A stretch of DNA of 14,428 nt from an uncultured bacterium (GCA_965369865.1 CBDURU010000090.1:1-14428); one strand, 5' to 3'; shown: positions 1 through 7,816, counted from the first letter of the stretch. A program made the numbers and translations. The notes: a model not told the origin generated them from the sequence alone.

Positions 1-10
1 ACTAAATCCC

Positions 11-55
11 GTAGCGCAGGACGCCGGCCTGCTGTACCGCGGACGGCCCGTCCGC
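11..55 (+). repeat. GTAG-type REP-like double hairpin
   Basis: GTAG at 11-14 is followed by hairpin GCAGG(16-20)/CCTGC(28-32) and a second GC-rich hairpin GCGGACG(39-45)/CGTCCGC(49-55). This is the layout of GTAG-family REPs. Confidence 0.5.
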
Positions 56-108
56 ATGGGGAGCGGTATCGAAAGTTTTGATCGCTTGTGATTTTTCAGT
101 GTAACTAC

Positions 109-123
109 TTTTTCAACAGGCCC
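109..123. mobile_element. possible IS/MITE right terminal inverted repeat (TTTTTCAACAGGCCC)
   Basis: Resembles the GGCCTGTTGAAAAA-type termini I recall for IS5/IS1182-like elements and their MITEs. The partner end would lie left of the window. Confidence 0.3.
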
Positions 124-159
124 GTCCCGCGGTTGGATGTCGTTGCGGGTGTTGCCGTT

Positions 160-205
160 GCTCATGATGAGCCTGCCGTACTGAGCTTGTCGGAGTGTCG
201 AATGG
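160..205. repeat. nested TGAGC(C/T)TGTCGAA-type REP-like element
   Basis: GCTCATGATGAGCCTG[CCGTACTGAGCTTGTCGGAGTG]TCGAATGG. Removing the bracketed part restores TGAGCCTGTCGAA, and the bracketed part is itself a TGAGCTTGTCG copy. Confidence 0.5.
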
Positions 206-252
206 TTTGTTCTCTATTAACTAATAGGACATGTTTCAGGGGGATTGGCGCG

Positions 253-261
253 TGGTATAAT
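253..261 (+). promoter_or_regulatory. extended -10 sigma70-type promoter (TGgTATAAT)
   Basis: Perfect TGn-TATAAT about 10 nt upstream of a structured region and about 220 nt upstream of the ATG at 480. Confidence 0.55.
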
Positions 262-271
262 CGAGAAAAGG

Positions 272-406
272 GACTTGCTTCACCCACAGACACGCTTTCG
301 CTCAGTCTGTGGGCGCCACACGTCGGTTTCCGGAGTGATGAGGTGAGTCGCCGTGAGAAGATGCACCTGCAAACCTCCGCTTACGCTCTGATATGTAGGC
401 GGCACG
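272..406 (+). ncRNA. candidate structured RNA / 5' leader, family unknown
   Basis: Stem 272-282/339-349 (11 bp with 3 G-U) encloses a perfect 9-bp hairpin 283-291/305-313 and a smaller hairpin at 319-337. A second domain has 377-384/395-402 (8 bp, 1 G-U), possibly closed by 352-355/403-406. Confidence 0.4.
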
Positions 407-479
407 CGGGTACTTAACTGAATATAAAGATCCTGATGATCCAAATTCCACTGAATATGAAATGAACTAGGAGGATAAT

Positions 480-1697
480 ATGCGTTTTTTCATAATTCTA
501 TTAATGGTATTGTTGCTAAATTGTAATACTATTAGTGATGATAGCACTGATAATTTTATAATTAATACATATTGGAGTTTAAGACGGTACTGTAATTGGG
601 ATATATATGCTAAACCTGTCGTACGTTGCGACCTTGCCAATTATATTGAAGAGCTCGATCCTGAATTTTATAAATCAGCAACCTCCAATACAGATGGGAG
701 TGCTTTCGATGAACATACCTTTTTCGCTACGTATGCAGAATATTATAATATTGACTCAAGAACGTTTCTTAAGGCTTATCACAATATAATACAAAAAGAA
801 ATTGAAAACGGGGATGGCAATACAGCTGATTGCGGATTAATACCCTGGTTTTTTGGCAATCTGGCTGGTGAAATTGGTGATGATGTCCTGATTGCCCTGC
901 TAGATGATTATTATAATCATGAATTTGATTTAACAGAGGATTATGTATATCTCTGGACGATAGAAGCAGCGTTAGAATATGATCAGATTAATGGGCTATA
1001 TATGCTCGCTGATTACCTGGCCGGCCTCCATTTACGCTACAATTCGTGGGAAAAATTATATGGTATTTTGGGCAGGCTTCATTATCGTAACTTACGGGGC
1101 GTCGGAGGAGAGGCAGAAAATTGTTTGGATTATTTCTCACAAACGCTTATTGATATATATAATAAGACTGATATTTATCGTACGGAATTAAAATTTCTAT
1201 GTACTGGATATCTTGGTCATTTTGGCACAAAGGAAAATATAGATTATTTGTTTTTAATTGCAAGTGATATTGACAATTCACAAATTGAACGGATATATGG
1301 TTTGTCAGGATTGCTGAGGTATCTGGAGCATTTTAATAGTCTAAACCAGGTATATGATCCATTTATCTTTGGAATTAATAAAGAGACGTTTTTAATGGAC
1401 AATTTAAATATGCCTATTTTAATGGGTGACAGATACGAAATTGATTATTTAAATAGATTAATTAAGCATTTAGACGAACCTGCAAATATAACTGCAACTT
1501 TAGAGTATGTAGCAAATAGCATAAATCACATACAAAATCGCCCACAATCACTATATGAATTTATTATGGGAAATATAGATATAATAAGAGAGTATGATTA
1601 TGTAGTGAGATTTAGAAATGAAATCAATTCAACAAAAGATGTGTGGATAGATACACAATATTTAGAAGAAGTTTTTAACCTGATTGGTGAAGATTAA
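480..1697 (+). CDS. AT-rich hypothetical exported protein, probable lipoprotein, helical (HEAT-like segment possible)
   Basis: 405-aa ORF with AGGAGG RBS at 469-474 and N-terminus MRFFIILLMVLLLNC (signal peptide plus Cys). Visibly much more AT-rich than the neighbouring xseA. Confidence 0.8.
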   Translation: MRFFIILLMVLLLNCNTISDDSTDNFIINTYWSLRRYCNWDIYAKPVVRCDLANYIEELDPEFYKSATSNTDGSAFDEHTFFATYAEYYNIDSRTFLKAYHNIIQKEIENGDGNTADCGLIPWFFGNLAGEIGDDVLIALLDDYYNHEFDLTEDYVYLWTIEAALEYDQINGLYMLADYLAGLHLRYNSWEKLYGILGRLHYRNLRGVGGEAENCLDYFSQTLIDIYNKTDIYRTELKFLCTGYLGHFGTKENIDYLFLIASDIDNSQIERIYGLSGLLRYLEHFNSLNQVYDPFIFGINKETFLMDNLNMPILMGDRYEIDYLNRLIKHLDEPANITATLEYVANSINHIQNRPQSLYEFIMGNIDIIREYDYVVRFRNEINSTKDVWIDTQYLEEVFNLIGED

Positions 1698-1764
1698 AAT
1701 ATCAGATAATTAAAAAGATTTAAAAACAGTAGGATTTATAAGCCAGAGTATCCCCACTCGAATT

Positions 1765-3066
1765 ATGCTAATATTCCCCCCGATGCTCGATCCCGATATC
1801 GACATAAATTCCGATCCGACTGAGGGGCCGCTCGACCGTATCTGGACAGTAAGCCAGGTCACGACGAGAGTAAAAACCATCCTCGAGGGTGATCCCGCTT
1901 TAACCGGCATTTCCGTCCGCGGTGAGGTCACAAACCTTTCAACTTCGAAGGCCGGACATGTTTATTTCGGACTTAAGGACGAGAAATCGATACTCAAATG
2001 TGTCGCGTTCCGGTCGGATGCCGCGAAGCTGAAAGTCAAGCCGAAGGAAGGCCGGGAGGTTGTCGCGGGGGGGCGGATCAATGTCTGGGATTCGGGCGGC
2101 ACGTACCAGCTTATAGTTTCCGGGCTTGAGGATGTCGGGAAAGGAGCGTTATGGCTGCAATTTGAAGAGACCCGGAAGAAACTCGCGGAAGAAGGGTTGT
2201 TCGATGAAGCCCACAAATCACCGATGCCGCGATTCCCGGGGAAAATCGGGATAGTAACATCCCAGACCGGCGCGGCGATCAGGGATATGATCCTGATCTT
2301 TGAAGAACTCGCGCCGTATATCGAACTGATTGTAGCACCGTCGCTCGTGCAGGGAGAAACCGCGCCATCGAGCCTGATCGATGCTGTCAATCTCCTGGCA
2401 ATGTGGGACGAAATTGAACGTATGGAGGGCAGGGACGGGCTGGACCTTATAATTATCGGGCGCGGCGGAGGGAGTTTTGAGGACCTGGCCTGTTTTAACG
2501 ATGAGGCCCTGGTGCGGAGGATTTACGATATCGAAATTCCGGTAATAAGCGCTGTGGGGCATGAAGTTGACTTTACGATCATTGATTTCGTGTCCGATCT
2601 CAGGGCCGCGACTCCAACGCAGGCCGCGCAACTCGCGGCCCCCTCGTCGGAAGAACTCATTGGTGAGATTTCTGATATGCTTGTGGAACTCAGGCAGATG
2701 ACCGAAATAAAAATTGAAACATACCGTATCGGTTTATCGAATATATTATCGCGCACGGTATTCAGGCGGCCGGTGGACAGGATCAACAATCTCAGGCAGA
2801 GCATGGATCTGATTACCGGCAGGTGTTCAAGGGTGATAACGGGGAGATTGAAGGTCCTCAGGCACCGGTTTGGATCGATGGCGAGCCGCCTGGACGCTCT
2901 CGATCCGCAGGCAATTCTGGCGAGGGGTTATTCTCTGGCATTCGAAGGAGAAACCGGGAAACTGATTACCAGGACCGGCCAGGTGGACCCCGGTGTTCCT
3001 GTGGACCTGAGGGTATCCGACGGTACAATAAAGTTAAAAGTCAGCGAAGGGGACGATATTAAATGA
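1765..3066 (+). CDS. xseA: exodeoxyribonuclease VII large subunit
   Basis: Motifs WTVSQVT, VRGEVTN..SKAGHVYFGLKD, IGIVTSQTGAAIRD, VQGETA, IIGRGGGSFEDLACFNDE, PVISAVGHEVDFTIIDFVSDLRAATPT, LDPQAILARGYS. The true start may be the Met at 1783. Confidence 0.97.
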   Translation: MLIFPPMLDPDIDINSDPTEGPLDRIWTVSQVTTRVKTILEGDPALTGISVRGEVTNLSTSKAGHVYFGLKDEKSILKCVAFRSDAAKLKVKPKEGREVVAGGRINVWDSGGTYQLIVSGLEDVGKGALWLQFEETRKKLAEEGLFDEAHKSPMPRFPGKIGIVTSQTGAAIRDMILIFEELAPYIELIVAPSLVQGETAPSSLIDAVNLLAMWDEIERMEGRDGLDLIIIGRGGGSFEDLACFNDEALVRRIYDIEIPVISAVGHEVDFTIIDFVSDLRAATPTQAAQLAAPSSEELIGEISDMLVELRQMTEIKIETYRIGLSNILSRTVFRRPVDRINNLRQSMDLITGRCSRVITGRLKVLRHRFGSMASRLDALDPQAILARGYSLAFEGETGKLITRTGQVDPGVPVDLRVSDGTIKLKVSEGDDIK

Positions 3067-3329
3067 GTAAGAGTAAAAAAGCCCGGGATATTCCGGACGA
3101 TATAAAGAAAATGTCCTTCGAGGAAGCATACCAGGCGTTGAAGGAAGCGACCGATTTCCTGGAGGCGGAGGAAGTCGATCTGGAAAAGTCGTTATTGGAA
3201 TATTCAAGGGCCAGTGTCCTGGCCAGGCATTGCGCAAATTTACTGGATGAAGCCGAGGATCGGGTCAGGGTCCTGGTTGAATCCGAAGGTGTGATGGAGC
3301 TTACCAGGTTGGACACTGAGGACGATTAA
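3063..3329 (+). CDS. xseB: exodeoxyribonuclease VII small subunit
   Basis: MSFEEAYQALKE...LE.EEVDLEKSLLEY.RA..L..HC...LDEAEDRV pattern; 4-nt overlap with the xseA stop (AAATGA region). Confidence 0.95.
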   Translation: MSKSKKARDIPDDIKKMSFEEAYQALKEATDFLEAEEVDLEKSLLEYSRASVLARHCANLLDEAEDRVRVLVESEGVMELTRLDTEDD

Positions 3330-3335
3330 ATAACT

Positions 3336-3866
3336 ATGGCAGATCTGGTATCTCAGCTTTTGAATAACGAACCGATAGTGTCAGCCCTGACAGCATGGGC
3401 TCTTGCGGCATTACTGAAATTTTTAATTGTCGCGATCCAGACGGGCAAACTCGATTGGGAACGTATATTAGGCACGGGAGGCATGCCGTCGACCCACACA
3501 ACTCCGATCATCGCGTGCGCGACAAGTATCGGATTGGTCGCGGGTTTCCAAACCCCCGTTTTCGGACTCGCCGCCGCGCTCTGTTTCGTGGTTGCCTATG
3601 ACGCCGCGGGTATCAGGCGACATGCCGGTGCACAGGCGCAGGCGATCAACAACCTGATAAAAGACCTTACAAACCTGGAAACTTTCAAGGGTCAGAAACT
3701 CGAGAGTTTCTTCAAGCGATGGAATGTCGCGGAATTGAAAACCCTGCTCGGCCACAACCCCATCGAAGTCTGGGTCGGGATCATAATTGGAATTCTAACG
3801 GCACTTATTATCCATAATAACTTCGGTCACATGTTTAATTCCGGACAATTTATTGGCACCCCTTAG
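3336..3866 (+). CDS. divergent PAP2 family membrane protein (DUF212/YuiD-like)
   Basis: GTGGMPSTHT, VAYDAAGIRRHAGAQA..IN and LKTLLGHNPIEVWVG motifs; this family commonly lies near xseB and tlyA. Confidence 0.92.
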   Translation: MADLVSQLLNNEPIVSALTAWALAALLKFLIVAIQTGKLDWERILGTGGMPSTHTTPIIACATSIGLVAGFQTPVFGLAAALCFVVAYDAAGIRRHAGAQAQAINNLIKDLTNLETFKGQKLESFFKRWNVAELKTLLGHNPIEVWVGIIIGILTALIIHNNFGHMFNSGQFIGTP

Positions 3867-4680
3867 TAAAATCAGGCTCGATCAATTGCTGGTCGAACGC
3901 GGATTGTTTCGATCGCGCGCAAGTGCCCAGGCAGCGATAATGGCGGGCAAGGTGATTGTGGAAGGCAAAAATAACCCCAAAGCCGGCGACCGAATACTCC
4001 CCGATACAAAAATTGAAATTATTGAACCGGATTGCGCATACGTCTCACGCGGCGGATTGAAACTCGAAGGAGCGCTGGATCATTTTGAAATCGATTCCAC
4101 AGGCTGGAACGCCCTGGATATTGGCGCGTCGACCGGCGGCTTCACCGATTGTCTCTTGAAACGGGGAGCGTTGCATGTGACCGCCCTGGATGTCGGCAGG
4201 GGGTTGATTGACTGGTCCCTGAGAACCGACGATCGGGTGACGGTAATCGAAAAAGTCAACGCGAGAAATCTCGAACCCGACCAGGCGCCGGGACAGTTCG
4301 ATCTTGCGGTTGTCGATGTTTCATTTATCTCTTTGAAACTTATATTCCCAAAAATACCCGAACGGCTGAAACAGGACGGTGTTCTCCTCTCGCTCATAAA
4401 ACCCCAGTTCGAAGCCGGAAAAGGAAAGGCCCCTAAGGGTGTGGTAAAAGATCCGGACACCTGGCGCGAAGTTTTGAAATCATTTATATCGCCGGGGATA
4501 TTCGAAAATGAAAAACCACCCGGACTAAGGAGTTTCTCAATAAGTCCGATCACCGGCAAGGAAGGTAATGTAGAATTTTTCGGGATGTGGCAGATGGGGG
4601 TGGAAGGGATTAGTAAAGAGGAAGCGGCCAAACAGATCGAAAATCTAATAACAGAGGTGGTAACAGAGCCACGACCGTAA
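3853..4680 (+). CDS. tlyA: TlyA family rRNA 2'-O-methyltransferase (S4 + FtsJ domains)
   Basis: RLDQLLVERGL..SRA.AQAAIMAGKV, YVSRGGLKL, LDIGASTGGFTDCLL, DVSFISL, LIKPQFEAG, SPITGKEGNVEF motifs; TTG start. Confidence 0.96.
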   Translation: MAPLSKIRLDQLLVERGLFRSRASAQAAIMAGKVIVEGKNNPKAGDRILPDTKIEIIEPDCAYVSRGGLKLEGALDHFEIDSTGWNALDIGASTGGFTDCLLKRGALHVTALDVGRGLIDWSLRTDDRVTVIEKVNARNLEPDQAPGQFDLAVVDVSFISLKLIFPKIPERLKQDGVLLSLIKPQFEAGKGKAPKGVVKDPDTWREVLKSFISPGIFENEKPPGLRSFSISPITGKEGNVEFFGMWQMGVEGISKEEAAKQIENLITEVVTEPRP

Positions 4681-4773
4681 GGGAGTGCGCATCAGACATG
4701 TTGGCAGTGTTACAATAATATGATCCGAAATGTGCACTCCCTGACGGTCGTGTCTCTGTTAACACCTTTGTTA
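4649..4773. repeat. REPIN-like long inverted repeat between convergent genes; may also act as a bidirectional terminator
   Basis: 44-bp arms 4649-4692 and 4730-4773 (5 mismatches) with a 37-nt spacer; core AGCCACGACCGTAAGGGAGTG / CACTCCCTGACGGTCGTGTCT. Confidence 0.8.
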
Positions 4774-4777
4774 ACAA

Positions 4778-6049
4778 CTAAATCCCGTACTCAGGTTTCA
4801 GTCGTCCTGATAAAGTATCAGTGTACATTTCCTTAAGGCTCTCGACAGCTCGATCCAGGTTGTAGCGTTTTAAAATAAGGTTACGTCCGGCATTCCCAAT
4901 GCGATCGCGAAGAATCCGATCATCCAGAAGTTCCAGAAGGTGCATCGACGCGGAATCAATATCGCCCGGTTTTACAAGGAAGCCAGTCTGCCCATGAGTA
5001 ATTACGTCGGGAATCCCCCCGACACCGGTGCACAGGCATGGAATTCCGAGCGCCATGCATTCGAGAATTCCAAAAGGCAGGTAATCAAAATCGGCAAGAT
5101 GCACAGCGATATCGAACGCGGCGAAAATATCGGGAGTATCATCCCTTTCACCAAGGAATTTCACGTTATCAGAAATCCCAAGCTCGACTGCCAGGTTCTC
5201 AAGTTTTGCGCGTTCCGGCTGGTCGGGATCATACCGTCCGCCGAGAATCACGCAAGTCAGATCGGGGAATTTTTTAATAACCTCTGGAAGTGCCTTAATT
5301 AATTTATCCTGGCCTTTCCGGGGCGCGATCCTGGTTGTGGTTCCGATCAGTAAATCATTATCGGTCAGCCCGAGTTCATCACGGATGCGTTTTGGATTCA
5401 AATTCTGGAGCCTGAATAAATCCGGCGCGAGACCCCATCCGTGAATTATCGCCTGCGGTGTTTCAGGGAAATAAGTTGCGGCCCCTTCGGAATCCGCCGA
5501 TGTCGCGAGGAGAACTCCGGTCAGGTAACGATTGGTAATACTGTTAATAAAGGTGCGGAATCGAGCCGGCGTTGGAGCCACACCGGTGAAAGAAAGAAGC
5601 CTGACCGGGACTTTCGCGAGTATCGCCGCACGCGCAAGTGCGAAATTAGCCTGGTACTCGGTGAGTATGATATGAATGAAATCCGCCTTGATTTCCCTGA
5701 GGAATTTCGACATCTTCCCGATCTCAGAGAAAGTGGTTTTAAGTGCGTTAAACCAGTTCGCGCCGGGCCATCCGAGCTTGCGGCCGTACCCGGGCGACGC
5801 CATGATCGCGAATTCATGCGCTTTCAGATTCGGGATTCCAAGATCGTTAACCGCATCGACAAACGGTTCTTTCTCAACTCCGGGCCACCAGTAGCAGAAC
5901 ATGACATGGACTTCTTTATAATTCGGGGCACACTTCTTAAGGTATTCAAGAAGGAGCTTCCGCATGCCGGGGTTGATATAGATTCCAAGCGCGTAGACGA
6001 GGTTGCGATTTTTGAGATCGGGGAATGAGTTGTCGTTTTTAGCAGGCAT
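4778..6049 (-). CDS. glycosyltransferase family 4 (GT-B fold)
   Basis: TRIAPRKGQDKLIKA, VKFLGERDD..DIFAAFDI, LPFGILECMALGIPCLCTGVGGIPDVITHGQTGFLV motifs. Start moved from 6250 to the ATG at 6049 (MPAKND), which follows a TGtTACTAT extended -10 and avoids overlap with the gene at 6166. Confidence 0.92.
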   Translation of the reverse strand: MPAKNDNSFPDLKNRNLVYALGIYINPGMRKLLLEYLKKCAPNYKEVHVMFCYWWPGVEKEPFVDAVNDLGIPNLKAHEFAIMASPGYGRKLGWPGANWFNALKTTFSEIGKMSKFLREIKADFIHIILTEYQANFALARAAILAKVPVRLLSFTGVAPTPARFRTFINSITNRYLTGVLLATSADSEGAATYFPETPQAIIHGWGLAPDLFRLQNLNPKRIRDELGLTDNDLLIGTTTRIAPRKGQDKLIKALPEVIKKFPDLTCVILGGRYDPDQPERAKLENLAVELGISDNVKFLGERDDTPDIFAAFDIAVHLADFDYLPFGILECMALGIPCLCTGVGGIPDVITHGQTGFLVKPGDIDSASMHLLELLDDRILRDRIGNAGRNLILKRYNLDRAVESLKEMYTDTLSGRLKPEYGI

Positions 6050-6165
6050 GCAGGTTGGGAAATAGTAACATAACAAAAAATAAAAAAATTGCGGAATTTT
6101 GATTTTCCTTTCGCCAATCGATCGAGAACTTGTCCAAGTAGTAGTCAAAGGACAGGTGAAATTGA

Positions 6166-6834
6166 ATGTCATTGATCGATGTAACCGACGCATTGGGCGT
6201 ACCGCTCTGGTATGACCGCTCAACACGATACGGCGTCCCGCATCCCACAAAACTTAAATTTAAAGGTTCCGCGAAATTACGTAAGGCACTCGAACTTCTG
6301 GGTGAAGACCTTAAAAAAATCGGTTGGCTGGATTATATTGAGAAAATGCTCACGGCTGGCGTATATGTCAATAAGCCGGGAGCACACAAGGAGGGCATAG
6401 CTGTCGATTTCGATGGCGCGGTCGTGAGAAGATCGCCCATCGATGGGTCGGAAAGCAAGGCTTATGTCTACAAAGCCGGGATGAGTAATTCGCTCGCGAG
6501 AAAAACCGCGACCCGTTTTGCCTGCCTGGTAGCCAGGCATTTTGGGGTGGTACTTACAGCGGGTTATAACCGTGCGCATGAAGATCACATCCACGCCGAT
6601 CTATCGCGATCCGTGAAATGGTATGGTTCAGTAAGCCAGGTTATTCTGGTCCAGGAAACCCTGAACGCCTGGTATGGAGCAGGATTAAAAGTTGACGGGA
6701 AGATGGGGAAAAATGTAAGGGGTGCGTGGTCTGAAGCATCCGGAGGACAGTTTGTGTTGTCGGATTTTGAATACGGAGATGCGTTCAAATGGCTTCTGGA
6801 CACAGTCGCGTTTAATCCACCGATCCAGTTTTGA
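6166..6834 (+). CDS. extensin-like (M15-like Zn peptidase fold) domain fused to a peptidoglycan-binding domain; putative cell-wall hydrolase
   Basis: AHKEGIAVD (HxxxxxxD) and HFGVVLTAGYNRAHEDHIHADL match the Extensin-like_C pattern. C-terminal VILVQETLNAW.GAGLKVDGKMGKNVRGAW matches PG_binding_1. Confidence 0.75.
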   Translation: MSLIDVTDALGVPLWYDRSTRYGVPHPTKLKFKGSAKLRKALELLGEDLKKIGWLDYIEKMLTAGVYVNKPGAHKEGIAVDFDGAVVRRSPIDGSESKAYVYKAGMSNSLARKTATRFACLVARHFGVVLTAGYNRAHEDHIHADLSRSVKWYGSVSQVILVQETLNAWYGAGLKVDGKMGKNVRGAWSEASGGQFVLSDFEYGDAFKWLLDTVAFNPPIQF

Positions 6835-7062
6835 AACAACATGCTGATAAATTAAACCCGGTATCGATTCTACATTAGCAAATATATGGGTTTCGCCGAT
6901 AAATAGTGGCCTGGAGCCTTTCTTCTTATTGTTTTCCTCTTGATGCAAAGCCTTATAAATGGTACAAATAAGAGCATCAATCACCTGCAAAACTTGAATT
7001 TTATATTAAAGGCATGAAAATATGCTTGGCTTTCGAGATAATATTTAAAAGCGAAGCTCACC

Positions 7063-7464
7063 ATGGTTAAAATTAAATCTAAGAAATTAAGGCCTTACAT
7101 TCAGATTAACAGCCAACTGCGATCGCTAAATTACTGTCTTTCTCATAAGGAATACCAGGAAGATGGGGATTGGCTTGCTGAGTGTCCGGAATTACAGCTT
7201 ATTGTGGCCGGAAAAACTAAGCTTAAAGCTTATGATTCTCTTATAGAACTGATTGCGACTACGCTCGTAGTTGCTATAGAAACTGGTACGATTGGTGAAC
7301 ATCTTAAAGCATTAGGATTTGGAGAGGTCGAACTACCTGTTCCCACAATGAATATTTATAGTATTCGCCAACCGATAGCACAGGATACAATTCCACTAAT
7401 TTCATCAGGTTCTTCAATTACTTTGCCCCCCTTAAACCAATATCTGGTTGATGTATCCAGCTAA
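7063..7464 (+). CDS. hicB: HicB-like antitoxin
   Basis: QEDGDWLAECPELQLIVAGKTKLKAYDSLIELI is the HicB partial RNase H-fold pattern; lies directly upstream of a HicA-like gene. Confidence 0.7.
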   Translation: MVKIKSKKLRPYIQINSQLRSLNYCLSHKEYQEDGDWLAECPELQLIVAGKTKLKAYDSLIELIATTLVVAIETGTIGEHLKALGFGEVELPVPTMNIYSIRQPIAQDTIPLISSGSSITLPPLNQYLVDVSS

Positions 7465-7468
7465 TAAA

Positions 7469-7723
7469 ATGACGAGGAAGAAAAAGCGTTCCAGTAGAAA
7501 GAAAACCCCGGTGCTTAACTGGAAGCAATGGGTCGAAATATTTAAGTATCATGGTTATGAGGTACTGGCCAATTCCCCACATATAATTATGAAACATCCC
7601 GATAACCCGCTTCTTGCTTCAATTCCCAAACATAAAGAAATAAAGCTTGGAACAATGAAGGCAGAATTGAGAAAGGCTAAGCTAGAGAAAGAGGACGTTA
7701 TTGAAGCATTGAATAATATTTGA
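7469..7723 (+). CDS. hicA: HicA family mRNA interferase toxin
   Basis: VEIFKYHGYEV...SPHIIMKHP.....SIPKHKEIKLGTMKAELRKA is the HicA dsRBD-like pattern; basic protein. ATG at 7469 preferred over TTG at 7448. Confidence 0.8.
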   Translation: MTRKKKRSSRKKTPVLNWKQWVEIFKYHGYEVLANSPHIIMKHPDNPLLASIPKHKEIKLGTMKAELRKAKLEKEDVIEALNNI

Positions 7724-7816
7724 TATCCCCCTATTTTCCACTAATTTTTCAAACTGACCCATTACTGCCTGGTTATCGGTATTGTTTGAATTTTCTGAAT
7801 TACTCTTACCCATCAC

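Noticed and set aside
88..417. 109-aa ORF upstream of the lipoprotein gene
   Set aside because: It runs through repeats, a promoter and a structured region, with no RBS and no protein-like motif.
417..458. 9-bp direct repeat ACTGAATAT at 417-425 and 450-458
   Set aside because: Too short and AT-rich to support an operator or target-site-duplication call by itself.
1..4789. 13-bp exact match ACTAAATCCCGTA at 1-13 and 4777-4789 as possible island ends
   Set aside because: About one 13-mer match is expected by chance in 14 kb, and the enclosed DNA is mostly housekeeping genes. The match cannot be extended left of the window.
6050..6250. N-terminal extension of the GT4 ORF as given in the ORF track
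   Set aside because: It overlaps the divergent gene at 6166 and crosses an AT-rich promoter region; ATG 6049 fits better.
6685..6990. 101-aa minus-strand ORF upstream of hicB
   Set aside because: It overlaps the extensin-like gene antisense, has a TTG start with no RBS and shows no recognisable family.
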